Shown one piece after another: positions 34,818 to 43,853 of a stretch of 54,750 nt of DNA. Source of the stretch: a virus (Duplodnaviria; Caudoviricetes); IMG/VR virus record IMGVR_UViG_3300037467_001352, positions 1-54,750 of that record. One strand, written 5' to 3'. The notes below the pieces were generated by a model that made no database searches, was not told the DNA's origin, and saw only the letters and a list, made by a program, of their open reading frames with translations. Position 1 is the stretch's first letter. The number at the start of each line of letters is the position of its first letter. A program made the translations under genes and the position numbers.

Positions 34818-35095
34818 TTCAGCACCCCCGCTTGCGTTTCGTAGTAGGCGATCAGCCGCTTGCCGCACTGCGACTTGGCGAGTTCGGATTTCTTCAAGTC
34901 AGCGACGAGCCGCGCCATCTGCTGCTTGGTCAGTTCGGTGCCCGGCTTTCCCGGTGCCGGCACGATCTGGTCGAAACACGTTTTCAGTTCCGCAGGCAGC
35001 GGCCCGAGAGACGCGTTATTTCCAGAGTGAGCGCAGGCGGTCAGCGTCATCAGCGCCAAGGCACACGCCAGCACTGATTTTCGATTCAAGGTCAC
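34814..35095 (-). CDS. o-spanin (Rz1-like lipoprotein)
   Basis: LTAC lipobox, Pro-rich, overlaps the 3' end of the i-spanin gene. Confidence 0.7.
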   Translation of the reverse strand: MTLNRKSVLACALALMTLTACAHSGNNASLGPLPAELKTCFDQIVPAPGKPGTELTKQQMARLVADLKKSELAKSQCGKRLIAYYETQAGVLK

Positions 35096-35318
35096 GGATA
35101 GCCCCCTCGAGCGCGGCCCGTTCTTCCGCGTCTTTCCCGGCGTTGATCTGGTCTTGCGTAGCCGCGGCGTCGCGTGCGGCGAGTTGCTTTTTCAGGTTGG
35201 CAATTTCGAGTTTCGCGGCGGCCGCGTCGCAGAACGCGTCGCGCACTTGCCAGCCGCCGAGCGCCCCGAGAGCGCCGGCAATGAGGACCGCGATCGTGAT
35301 GCCCTTGAGGTTCAGCAT
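35016..35318 (-). CDS. i-spanin (Rz-like)
   Basis: N-terminal TM, coiled coil and C-terminal Cys; follows the endolysin. Confidence 0.7.
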   Translation of the reverse strand: MLNLKGITIAVLIAGALGALGGWQVRDAFCDAAAAKLEIANLKKQLAARDAAATQDQINAGKDAEERAALEGAIRDLESKISAGVCLGADDADRLRSLWK

Positions 35319-36067
35319 CACTCGCGCTCCAGTCGCTTGCGCAAGTAGGTGAACCAGATGACCAGGAACACGACGAGGCCGATCGCGCCGAGCACGATCG
35401 CCACGCGATAGTCGTAAATCCCGCCGGCCAGCGTTGCGAAACCGCCACCCGTCAGCCAAGTCCACGCCTTCTTGTACCAAGGCGCGGCGATCGGAGCGTC
35501 GGGCGCTACGTCATGAGGCGGCGGCTGCGAGTTCGGAATGTCGTCGGCGTCGGTGTCGCCTTCCGGCAGGTCGGCAATTCCCACGGCGACGGTGGGGCCG
35601 GGGTCGCACGCTTCGAAGTGCATCGGATCCTTGCGGCCGCGATAGTCGCCGCCCCATCGGAATCCTTGACGCTTGAATGCGTTGACGACCCAATAGGGCA
35701 TGTCGCCCTTGGTGCCGAGTCCATTGTCCTTCGCATCAAGATCGATGGCGGCGCCGAACGCGTGGTTCGACCATTTCGTGGCGCTACCGCGGACCTTGCG
35801 CGGATTGTAGGTGCCGGCACAGTTGGAAATGCCTTCGCGATCGAGCAGGGCTTGATCGTGCTTGCAATTCTCCCAAATCTCGTCGAGCGCGGCTTTCAGC
35901 GCCGGGGCGGCCTTGCGGTGAAAGGAAATGCTCTTGAGCGGCCGGCCGTCATAATACATCTGGAACGGCGGTACGACCTTGACGAGTTGGCGCGCAACTT
36001 CGCCGTTGCCGGGGTTCCCATAGAACCGGATCAATTCGGCCTGGTTGTCCCGAGGCCAACGACCCAT
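35318..36067 (-). CDS. Endolysin, M15 family peptidase with C-terminal TM region
   Basis: R...SNHAFGAAIDLD...DPMHFE zinc motifs. Confidence 0.85.
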   Translation of the reverse strand: MGRWPRDNQAELIRFYGNPGNGEVARQLVKVVPPFQMYYDGRPLKSISFHRKAAPALKAALDEIWENCKHDQALLDREGISNCAGTYNPRKVRGSATKWSNHAFGAAIDLDAKDNGLGTKGDMPYWVVNAFKRQGFRWGGDYRGRKDPMHFEACDPGPTVAVGIADLPEGDTDADDIPNSQPPPHDVAPDAPIAAPWYKKAWTWLTGGGFATLAGGIYDYRVAIVLGAIGLVVFLVIWFTYLRKRLERE

Positions 36068-36177
36068 CAGAACACCAACGCCGCGACGAGCGAAGCCGCC
36101 CAAAGGATCAGGGCGAAACGGGGGTTCGCGGCGACCCAACTTTCGGCGGATTCAAGGGTTTTTCGGGCAAATTCCAT
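36067..36177 (-). CDS. 36-aa single-TM peptide (holin/antiholin candidate)
   Basis: MEFARKTLESAESWVAANPRFALILWAASLVAALVF; stop overlaps the endolysin ATG. Confidence 0.5.
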   Translation of the reverse strand: MEFARKTLESAESWVAANPRFALILWAASLVAALVF

Positions 36178-36201
36178 AGATGGGACGGTACACCAATTAA
36201 T

Positions 36202-36214
36202 GTGAACTGTCAAC
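36202..36214 (-). promoter_or_regulatory. 13-bp motif/promoter before the lysis genes
   Basis: GTTGACAGTTCAC; TTGACA-N17-TACCGT. Confidence 0.7.
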
Positions 36215-36222
36215 AAGAATGG

Positions 36223-39135
36223 TCAATGAACCAGCAGCGATGCGCCGTAAATGGGAACGTTCTTGTTATTCAAGGTTTTGATTCGCATGGCGAACGACGT
36301 GCCGCCGGTGCAAGCGGTATCCGCCGTTTCGGCCACAACCCGACCGCTTTGACCGACACCGACATTCGACAATGTCGCGCTGGTCCAGTTTGTGCCGCCA
36401 TTGCAAGTGACTTCCACGGTCAGATCGGTATTCAGCGCGGGCGAGGCGGAATTGTCGAATTCCAACAGAACGCGACCATTCGATACCGAAGAACCGATCG
36501 ACTGCGAAGTTGTCACTGCGGTCATGTTGTTGACCACGGCAGCAGTCAACAGCGTGATTTCCGCGATCTGTAGAGTAGTCGCATCCGTGCCAGCGGAGAC
36601 GTTCAACCGGTAGTACCGGAAGCTCGCCGGTGACGAGATCGAAAACGTTTTGATCTGACCACCGGTCCAACTCTGTCCGGTCTGCGTGTCTTTCGTCGTC
36701 CACGAACTATTGTCGTTGGACCCTTCCAGCGTCCATGCGGTCGGCGCGTTTGAACCGTCCGATCGAACCTGAACGGTGTAACTGGCAATTGTCTTGCCCG
36801 CGCCGAAGTCCGTTTTCAGCCAATGTGGGAAAGCGCTCGAGGTCGACGACCAGAAATCGGATGGAGTTCGATTGCCGGCAAGATAAGCAGGAAACGATCC
36901 GCTGAATTCGGTGTCGGCCGACATTGTCACGCCGGAGGTCGTCGCTGCAGTCATCAGCGGAATTTGGTTCGACCCTGGCGTGGTGCTCGGCGCAATAAAG
37001 CCGTTCGAAGAATCGACAGCATAACCGGACGACGAGCCGGCGTTGATTCCGTTCAGCGTGTCCGTGGCGCCTTTGAAGCCGGTCGCGAACATGCCGACCA
37101 GTCGACGGTATTCGCTATACAACTTGGACTGATAAATCGTAGAGAGCGCGAAGTTTTGGCGTTCGGTCGTGGACATACCGCCACCGCCGCCGCCACCCGC
37201 CGGGACAGACCAGTTTCCGCCGGCATCAAGATATTTTCCGGCAGCGAAGTCACCGGCCGCCGGTGCGGGAACCAAACCCTTTGTGCCGCCGGAACCGCTG
37301 TCACCAATGAGTGCATTCAGAATTGCGGTGGCTTGCGTAGCGTTTAGATTTTCTACGTTGCCGGTGCTTGCGGTCGTACGACCAAGGAAACTTGCGGTCG
37401 CGATCGTCTGCATTTTCGCAAGTGTCACGGCGTTGTTGACCAGGCCGGCGGTCGGCAAGCCGGTTGCGTTGGTCAGCACACCTGCGGACGGTGTACCGAT
37501 ATCCCCGCCCTGAAAATACGCCGCGCCCGTGCCGCTTTCATCAGTAAGAGCGGCACGCAGATTTGCGCTCGATGGAGTCGCAAGGAAAGCGGCGATGCCT
37601 GATGCAAGACCGGAAACGCCCGTTGAAATCGGTAAGCCGGTGCCGTTCGTAAGCGTGATTGCGGTTGGAGTGCCGAGATTCGGCGCCGTAAGAGTTTTGT
37701 TCGTGAGCGTCTGCGCACCGGTCAGAGTAACGACTGTGCTATCGATCGCGAATTGATTGCCGGAAAGGGTCAGTCCCGTGCCGGCTGAATAGGTGCCCGC
37801 ACCGGAGACTTGGGCAAAAACGACTGCAGTCGTGCCGACAGTGACGCTGTCGTTCGAGCAAACCCACTGCGTGTCAGCATTGACAGTACCGGCCGCCACA
37901 AAGACGGCGGCACCCGGAAACTCGGCCGCCGCGTCCATATCGGAAGCGCGTGACCACGCACCAGCGGCGACCACATAGACGCCATTCTGCGATCCGGTCG
38001 TTTGATTCTTAACCAGGACGCGATTGCCGGCGACCACGGCCACGCCGTCAATCGTCTGCGTACCGGACAACGTGATGTTTGCTGTCGTCGCCGCAGCGAC
38101 AGCACCTTTCCACGAAAGGCCCGTCAGCAGGTTGTCAATGTAGCTTTTGACGGCGCTCTGCGTCGCAAGGCGCGTCGTGCTGTTCGCGGCAAGCGTTGCG
38201 TCGGTGTCCACCACGTTCACCGCGAACATTGCGGTTGTGAGGTTCGAAACCGTGTTGTTCGACGCGTTGATCGACTTATTCGTCAGCGTGTCGGCGGTCG
38301 CGCGACCGACAAGGGTGTCGGTTGCTGCTGGCAGAGTAAGTGTGCCGCTTGCTGCTGCTTGCGGCTGGATTACCGTATTCCCGCTAGTGCTGCCGAAAAG
38401 GTAAACTGCGCCGAGTTGTGAGCCAGCGACACCAGATTGAATAGGTCCGGCAAATTGGATCGTGCCATCTTTGCCAAAAAGCACCTTTGGATAATAGGTA
38501 TTACCACCGTAGACAGGCGTCGCTCCCGACAACGCCGGCGTCGCCTGTTCGTTGTAGAAACCGAGTTTGTACGCACCGTTGAGGCCGATTAGCCATCGCG
38601 CCGTCGCAATATCGCCGGGGAACGTTAGACCAGCCGTGCCAGGTCCGGCGAGGATTTGCACGGTGTCGATATTCGGCGCCGTCAACGTCGCGCCGCTCGC
38701 CAGTACCACCGCGCCGGATCCGGTCGTTCCGTTCGACAAATTGGCGGCGGACGGTTGCGCTCGCGTCACATTGCCATCAGTGCCGATTCCGGTCAGGAAT
38801 TGATTGGTGACGGCTGCACTCGCAAATACGCCGCCAATGCTCGACGTTGTCGGCAACGGCAGAAACGACAACGGTTTGAACCGCTTTCCGTCCTGCGAAA
38901 TGATGCAGTTGATCCCGTCGTCAGGCGACGTCGTGTCGGTCGTATCGAGAAACCACGACTGACCGTTACTCTTGAGCGTAAGAACCAGCTGGCCGCCGAG
39001 AACAGTGTTGCGAACTTCGGTCGCGTTCGCCAGGACTTGCGCTACGCGCGCTTTCGCCCATCCGACCAGGTCTGCTTTGACGACGTTCGCTGTCGTAGCA
39101 AGGCCGCCGACGAGTTCGATCGGGTTAGCGGCCAT
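36223..39135 (-). CDS. Tail fibre/receptor-binding protein with C-terminal F5/8-type (discoidin-like) domain
   Basis: G/T/A-rich repeats (TLTNKTLTAP, GTP...LTNATGLP); WLKTDFG, WTLEGSND and FRYYRL. Confidence 0.85.
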   Translation of the reverse strand: MAANPIELVGGLATTANVVKADLVGWAKARVAQVLANATEVRNTVLGGQLVLTLKSNGQSWFLDTTDTTSPDDGINCIISQDGKRFKPLSFLPLPTTSSIGGVFASAAVTNQFLTGIGTDGNVTRAQPSAANLSNGTTGSGAVVLASGATLTAPNIDTVQILAGPGTAGLTFPGDIATARWLIGLNGAYKLGFYNEQATPALSGATPVYGGNTYYPKVLFGKDGTIQFAGPIQSGVAGSQLGAVYLFGSTSGNTVIQPQAAASGTLTLPAATDTLVGRATADTLTNKSINASNNTVSNLTTAMFAVNVVDTDATLAANSTTRLATQSAVKSYIDNLLTGLSWKGAVAAATTANITLSGTQTIDGVAVVAGNRVLVKNQTTGSQNGVYVVAAGAWSRASDMDAAAEFPGAAVFVAAGTVNADTQWVCSNDSVTVGTTAVVFAQVSGAGTYSAGTGLTLSGNQFAIDSTVVTLTGAQTLTNKTLTAPNLGTPTAITLTNGTGLPISTGVSGLASGIAAFLATPSSANLRAALTDESGTGAAYFQGGDIGTPSAGVLTNATGLPTAGLVNNAVTLAKMQTIATASFLGRTTASTGNVENLNATQATAILNALIGDSGSGGTKGLVPAPAAGDFAAGKYLDAGGNWSVPAGGGGGGGMSTTERQNFALSTIYQSKLYSEYRRLVGMFATGFKGATDTLNGINAGSSSGYAVDSSNGFIAPSTTPGSNQIPLMTAATTSGVTMSADTEFSGSFPAYLAGNRTPSDFWSSTSSAFPHWLKTDFGAGKTIASYTVQVRSDGSNAPTAWTLEGSNDNSSWTTKDTQTGQSWTGGQIKTFSISSPASFRYYRLNVSAGTDATTLQIAEITLLTAAVVNNMTAVTTSQSIGSSVSNGRVLLEFDNSASPALNTDLTVEVTCNGGTNWTSATLSNVGVGQSGRVVAETADTACTGGTSFAMRIKTLNNKNVPIYGASLLVH

Positions 39136-40397
39136 TACGCAGCCTCCATAATCTCAAAAGTACGATGATCGAATGTGTCAGCGCCGTTCGCTCCGTCCCA
39201 CCCAAGGATTGCGACGCGATAGGTATGAGCGAGCGCATCGATTGCCGGCACGCGGAAAACGACGTGAACCGGCATATCGCCGGTGCCGGGAACATAGATC
39301 GATTGATAGGCGATCGACGTCGTGTTGTTGTCGAGATAGAGCGCGATTGCTACACGGATCGGGCCGGCTGGCGCCGAGAAACTGACGTTCGCTTGATATG
39401 TCAGACGTAGCGGCGCGCCTGCACGCTTGGCGGTGTAACTGAGCGTGACATTGTCCGAGCGCTTCGCTTCGCCGCCCGGAACGAGGTTGTTTTTATAGCC
39501 GCCGTAAAAACCGCTGCCGGACGTTGTGCCGGACGTCGGTACCGACGTATAGACGAAACCTTGGCCGACAATAGCGCCGGACGCGTACGCCCAAGCGGTT
39601 CCGTCCCACTGAACGAGATAACCGAGAGCGATATCGAATACCGTTTGGCCGACCTTAGGCGTGTAGATCGTATAAGTCGTGCTCGTGCCGGACGTTTCTC
39701 GAATGGCGAGTTTGCCCGCATTGCCGGACCATGCACCAGTCGGCGAAGAACCGATGATGAAAGCGATCCCTTGTGCGGCGGAGGGCGGGGTATTGGTCGT
39801 CTGATTCTGAACGCGGCCATCCCAAATCAGGGCGGACGGGGGGATGGTCGAGGCAGAGATAACGATTGTGCCAACGCCGCTTGTCCAGGCACCGGAAGCG
39901 TTCCGATGATAGAACGCAGACTCGTCCTTCACATAAACGAGACGACCAATGTCGATCGTGGAAAAGGACCAGCCGGAAGGGGTGTATTCACCGATCTTGC
40001 CGTCCTGCCCTGACCAACTCGCGCCTGTCGCGCCGGCTGGAATCAAATAGCGGTCGCCGACCGATGGGGAAGCCGGTTGCGCCGTCAGGTCTTTGTCGAG
40101 AACCGAGACAGGAATGCCGATTTGGTCAGACTTGTAACGCTTCCCGTCAGACGTAACGAGACACGTAGCGCCGGCCGGCGTCGTCGTGTCGAGCGCGTCG
40201 AGTTGGTAAAGCGTCGCTTTTTGAATCAGGTATGTCGGCAGAATTCCCGTATCGACGTCTGCCGCAATAAAGTCCGACGCAAGTTCACTGGCGGCGAGGC
40301 AGTAGGCCATGCGCCGCGTCATCAGCGCACGCAACAGGGCTTTGTCTACATTGCCTGTGACTGGAACTGCGCTAATGACGTCGTGACGTGTGGGCAT
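39135..40397 (-). CDS. Tail-associated protein with two DUF2793-like repeats
   Basis: TAQPASPSVGDRYLIPAGATGASWSG and TPPSAAQGIAFIIGSSPTGAWSG. Confidence 0.75.
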   Translation of the reverse strand: MPTRHDVISAVPVTGNVDKALLRALMTRRMAYCLAASELASDFIAADVDTGILPTYLIQKATLYQLDALDTTTPAGATCLVTSDGKRYKSDQIGIPVSVLDKDLTAQPASPSVGDRYLIPAGATGASWSGQDGKIGEYTPSGWSFSTIDIGRLVYVKDESAFYHRNASGAWTSGVGTIVISASTIPPSALIWDGRVQNQTTNTPPSAAQGIAFIIGSSPTGAWSGNAGKLAIRETSGTSTTYTIYTPKVGQTVFDIALGYLVQWDGTAWAYASGAIVGQGFVYTSVPTSGTTSGSGFYGGYKNNLVPGGEAKRSDNVTLSYTAKRAGAPLRLTYQANVSFSAPAGPIRVAIALYLDNNTTSIAYQSIYVPGTGDMPVHVVFRVPAIDALAHTYRVAILGWDGANGADTFDHRTFEIMEAA

Positions 40398-40441
40398 TCT
40401 TAACCCGCAAAAATAGCCATGAGGAGCCTACATCAAATAGT

Positions 40442-40454
40442 GTGAATTGTCAAC
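40442..40454 (-). promoter_or_regulatory. 13-bp motif/promoter before the RBP genes
   Basis: GTTGACAATTCAC; TTGACA-N17-TAGGCT. Confidence 0.7.
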
Positions 40455-40462
40455 AATATAAA

Positions 40463-42571
40463 TCATGTCAAATTCAAGTCGGCGAGGTCAAAATCCTTTT
40501 CGTCCACTGCCGGGTCGTAATCGTTTTCGATTGCGCCATTGTATTCGGTCAATGCAAGACTTAGACCCATGGTGTCCTCAGTCATGCCGATCGAAGTGAC
40601 CATGTACTGACCGTTTGCATTGCTGAACAGGCTCGATTCAAAATTGACAACTGCTCCGATCAGTTCGTCATCGGCCAATGCAATCAACCGAGAATCCACG
40701 ATGCCTGTAATCGTCCTTCCGAGACGCGAACTGGCAAGGAACAGCTTTTGCAGTCGTTGCGCACGAGGGCAATTCGCGTGTTCGTCGAGCGTGTAATCCA
40801 GCGAGAGCGTGCCCGGTAGAACACCGTTATCGATCGTCTGCAGGTCGGTTCGATTGAGCACCGGACCGTCGACGATCTGATAATCCTGGTCCGGAACGAC
40901 GACACGAACCTGCAGTTTGTTGATAAGATCGACTTTGGATTTCGTGCTTTGATACTTGATGCCGCTCGCCAACATCTTATCGTTGATGGTGATGACAGGC
41001 GACCGCGGCTTGGCCGATTGAATCCAGACCTTGCCGCCCGCAGCCAAAATCATGGCGCGATTTGCGGTCAAAAGCTTGCGAATAACCTCCGCAGGTTTTT
41101 GGTTGAGGAGAACGACACCGTCGATTGTGTGGCGCTTTACGAACGTGCCATCCTTGCAGCCGATAACCTCGTCGTCATAGTCAGCGCTTTCGATGATACG
41201 CGACCAGTTGATTTTGGACGGTGGAATCTGTCCACCCCATTCTTGGACGAGATAATGCGCCTGGAGGAGTGTCGCATTGTTGGTCCATGACCATGTCGCG
41301 CGAGCAGATTCGAACGCAGCGTCGTAATCGGCCGGGACCGGATAGTCGGCACGATCGGGTTGTCGAACATGATTCGGATCGCGCGGGTCATATACGCGTT
41401 CCCCCTTTACGAAATAATACGCGTTCGGCCGCGATACCTGACCCCACAATCGCAAGAACTCGTCTTGATTGGCGCCGAAATGATAGCGCATGACGGCGGT
41501 TGCAATTCCGCGCTGACGGAACTCTGCATCGATGTTCGGATAATCGGCCGCAATAAGTGCGTCTTTTGTCTGGTTCGTTTGGCCAAACCGAAAACTGGAG
41601 GCGAGGCGGTTTTCGTAGTTCGGCTGACCGTCGACGTTTACCGGCGTGAGAATCTGGTTTTCGACGATGCTGCTTGGAAACGCGATTGTGTTGGTGCCCA
41701 CCACCACCTTGGTAATTCCCGAGACGACACCTTCGGCCAACAGAGTTCCGAGAGTCAAATAGGGCGGCTTGACCTGCTCGAAAAACAGAGCGCCGCCAAC
41801 ATAGGCGCCACCGAGAATGTGGCGGCGATACGGAATCGACTGACGTTCGGTAATTTGCACCGATTGCGCCACCGAAGAGTCTGCCAGGGCGCTGTCAATT
41901 GAGCCGGTGCCCTTATGAGGCTGCAAGAGAGAAGCGACGAGAGACAGACCGACCGAAACGGTCATGAGCACAAGGCCGCCAACGATGCCGGCCACCACCG
42001 CGGAAGTCCCGGTGATACCGATGGCACTCAGAACAGCGATGCCGATCGATACCGGTTCATGGTTTACGGCCGACGTCGGTACGAGTTGACGTTTGTGGGA
42101 ATGGAAACGAACACGCGGTCCCGGATGAGCGTCATCAAGCACGGACCAAGCCGCGACAATCATGTTCGAATTGATGGCGGTGAACCCACGTTCATTTCGA
42201 CCAACGAACCATCCCGGCGCCCGGCAAATCATCGTGGCGAGCGTCGTAACTTGCTTCCCGCGCACCTCGACCGTCGTCCACGCAAGGCCAACGTCACCGG
42301 GACGGGCGTATTCCGGATTGATGCGTTTCCATTTGTGACGGCGTGCCGCCTTGGTCAGTGCGCCTTTCAGGCCAGCGGTGCCAAGGAATCGACGCGCGCC
42401 GTTTCGCGTCTTGTAGCGTCCTCGAGCATTTTTCGCCGGATCATAACCCAACGTATTCCGAATGATGTTCGCACACCACAGCGTGCAGTCGTCAACGCCC
42501 CACTGCATTTCCTTTTCACATGCGGCGGTCATCGCATTGACGACTGCGGTTTCGAGCGCGGCGCGGTTCAT
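40463..42571 (-). CDS. Tail tip protein: papain-fold (NlpC/P60 or DUF6950-like) domain fused to a J-like hub domain
   Basis: N-terminal WGVDDC...RPGDVG; later VKGERVYDPR and WTNNA. Confidence 0.75.
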   Translation of the reverse strand: MNRAALETAVVNAMTAACEKEMQWGVDDCTLWCANIIRNTLGYDPAKNARGRYKTRNGARRFLGTAGLKGALTKAARRHKWKRINPEYARPGDVGLAWTTVEVRGKQVTTLATMICRAPGWFVGRNERGFTAINSNMIVAAWSVLDDAHPGPRVRFHSHKRQLVPTSAVNHEPVSIGIAVLSAIGITGTSAVVAGIVGGLVLMTVSVGLSLVASLLQPHKGTGSIDSALADSSVAQSVQITERQSIPYRRHILGGAYVGGALFFEQVKPPYLTLGTLLAEGVVSGITKVVVGTNTIAFPSSIVENQILTPVNVDGQPNYENRLASSFRFGQTNQTKDALIAADYPNIDAEFRQRGIATAVMRYHFGANQDEFLRLWGQVSRPNAYYFVKGERVYDPRDPNHVRQPDRADYPVPADYDAAFESARATWSWTNNATLLQAHYLVQEWGGQIPPSKINWSRIIESADYDDEVIGCKDGTFVKRHTIDGVVLLNQKPAEVIRKLLTANRAMILAAGGKVWIQSAKPRSPVITINDKMLASGIKYQSTKSKVDLINKLQVRVVVPDQDYQIVDGPVLNRTDLQTIDNGVLPGTLSLDYTLDEHANCPRAQRLQKLFLASSRLGRTITGIVDSRLIALADDELIGAVVNFESSLFSNANGQYMVTSIGMTEDTMGLSLALTEYNGAIENDYDPAVDEKDFDLADLNLT

Positions 42572-43125
42572 GTTGGCGTCCACTGGAGGTCTTGTTTTTG
42601 AAGGCCGGGGATCATGTCCAGGCCAACGTCCGTAGGGAAACGAAGGCGTTGGCTTTCCGGGGTCCACGCCTCGTCTACTCCGCGATCCAGCGTAAAAAAT
42701 CCGGAATACGCTGTGATCGTGATTACGGCCGAACCGTCGTCGGCATATTCGATCGCTTGATGGTCAAGCAGCGTGTCGGCAATGAGATACGGTGCTTGAA
42801 CGACCTGGCCGGTGTCGTCCAAGCACGCGAGCCAAACAGTGCCTTTGCGGTTGCGGACGTCGCCGCTTAGACGCGCTGCGGTTTCAGCGTCAATTCCGTT
42901 CAGTTGGAACGAGAGTTCTTGAATTGCGATTTCGCTCGATTGTTTGATCGGCGTCACCGAACCGAGTGCGCCGGATCCGCGCCATGTGATGCCGTTCCAA
43001 ACTTTCGAACCGATGCCGTTCCAGAAATAGCCCGTTCCGTCAGGGTGCTCGATCGCGGCGAAGATAGCGCGAGCGCCACCGTTGAGCATCGCCGCCGCCA
43101 TGCGGTCGGTGAGAGGCTTTGTCAC
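42568..43125 (-). CDS. Minor tail protein (DUF2163-like)
   Basis: WNGITWRGSG...Q..RFPTDVG; synteny. Confidence 0.7.
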   Translation of the reverse strand: MTKPLTDRMAAAMLNGGARAIFAAIEHPDGTGYFWNGIGSKVWNGITWRGSGALGSVTPIKQSSEIAIQELSFQLNGIDAETAARLSGDVRNRKGTVWLACLDDTGQVVQAPYLIADTLLDHQAIEYADDGSAVITITAYSGFFTLDRGVDEAWTPESQRLRFPTDVGLDMIPGLQKQDLQWTPT

Positions 43126-43853
43126 GGCACTAAATCCAGCGCTTCGAACAAGCTCCCGCCACCGCTACCGATGCCGCTGCCCGAATCCTCAAATTCGAAC
43201 TGGTCGTCGGTTGTCATGCGGAACAGGGTCGACGGGAATCGCAAACTCACAGTATCGCTGGCCGCAACGTCCGCATGCAGTTGCCACGTCAGATAAATGC
43301 CGACGCGACCTTGGCTGTCGGAATCGGACGGCGTCTGCACCTCGTAAAGATGCGGGAAACTTGCAGGCATTCCGTTCGGCTTGATTTCAAGCAAATCCCC
43401 ATTGCGCAACACGTTTTGCGTGGAGGCGGGAAACCCTGCCAGGACGAGGTAGTTAGAGCCGAGCGCAGCAGCCGAGTTCACGAACACATTCGGAGGAAGG
43501 AAGCCATTCGCGAATCCGGACCCATCGGTGAACCGCGATCCGTCAGAGAAATACGACGGCGCGTTTTGAGAAAGCAACAATTGCCGATCCGCCCAAGGCA
43601 TGAACCGGGTGGCATCTGATAACCGGAGGATACCCGATCGCCCGTCCAGGCTTGAGAAGAACGCCTTGAAATCTTGCAAGAGCGGGTCGCGGGCAGGGCG
43701 CAGCGTAATGTCCGTCAGCCAAGCCTTAGTATGTGGCTTGGTGACGTTCTGTCCGCCCGCCCAAGGTCGGTTGGAAAACAACGACGCCGATCGCAGTCGG
43801 AATTTTCCGCCGACAATATAATCGTACCATTCGATCGGGAAATCCCGGTTCAT
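43122..43853 (-). CDS. Distal tail protein
   Basis: Follows the tape measure gene; LDGRSG and FSDGSRFTDGSGF. Confidence 0.7.
   Translation of the reverse strand: MNRDFPIEWYDYIVGGKFRLRSASLFSNRPWAGGQNVTKPHTKAWLTDITLRPARDPLLQDFKAFFSSLDGRSGILRLSDATRFMPWADRQLLLSQNAPSYFSDGSRFTDGSGFANGFLPPNVFVNSAAALGSNYLVLAGFPASTQNVLRNGDLLEIKPNGMPASFPHLYEVQTPSDSDSQGRVGIYLTWQLHADVAASDTVSLRFPSTLFRMTTDDQFEFEDSGSGIGSGGGSLFEALDLVP

Noticed and set aside
36223-39135. Diversity-generating retroelement or invertible tail-fibre cassette
   Set aside because: No reverse transcriptase, invertase or template/variable repeat pair seen
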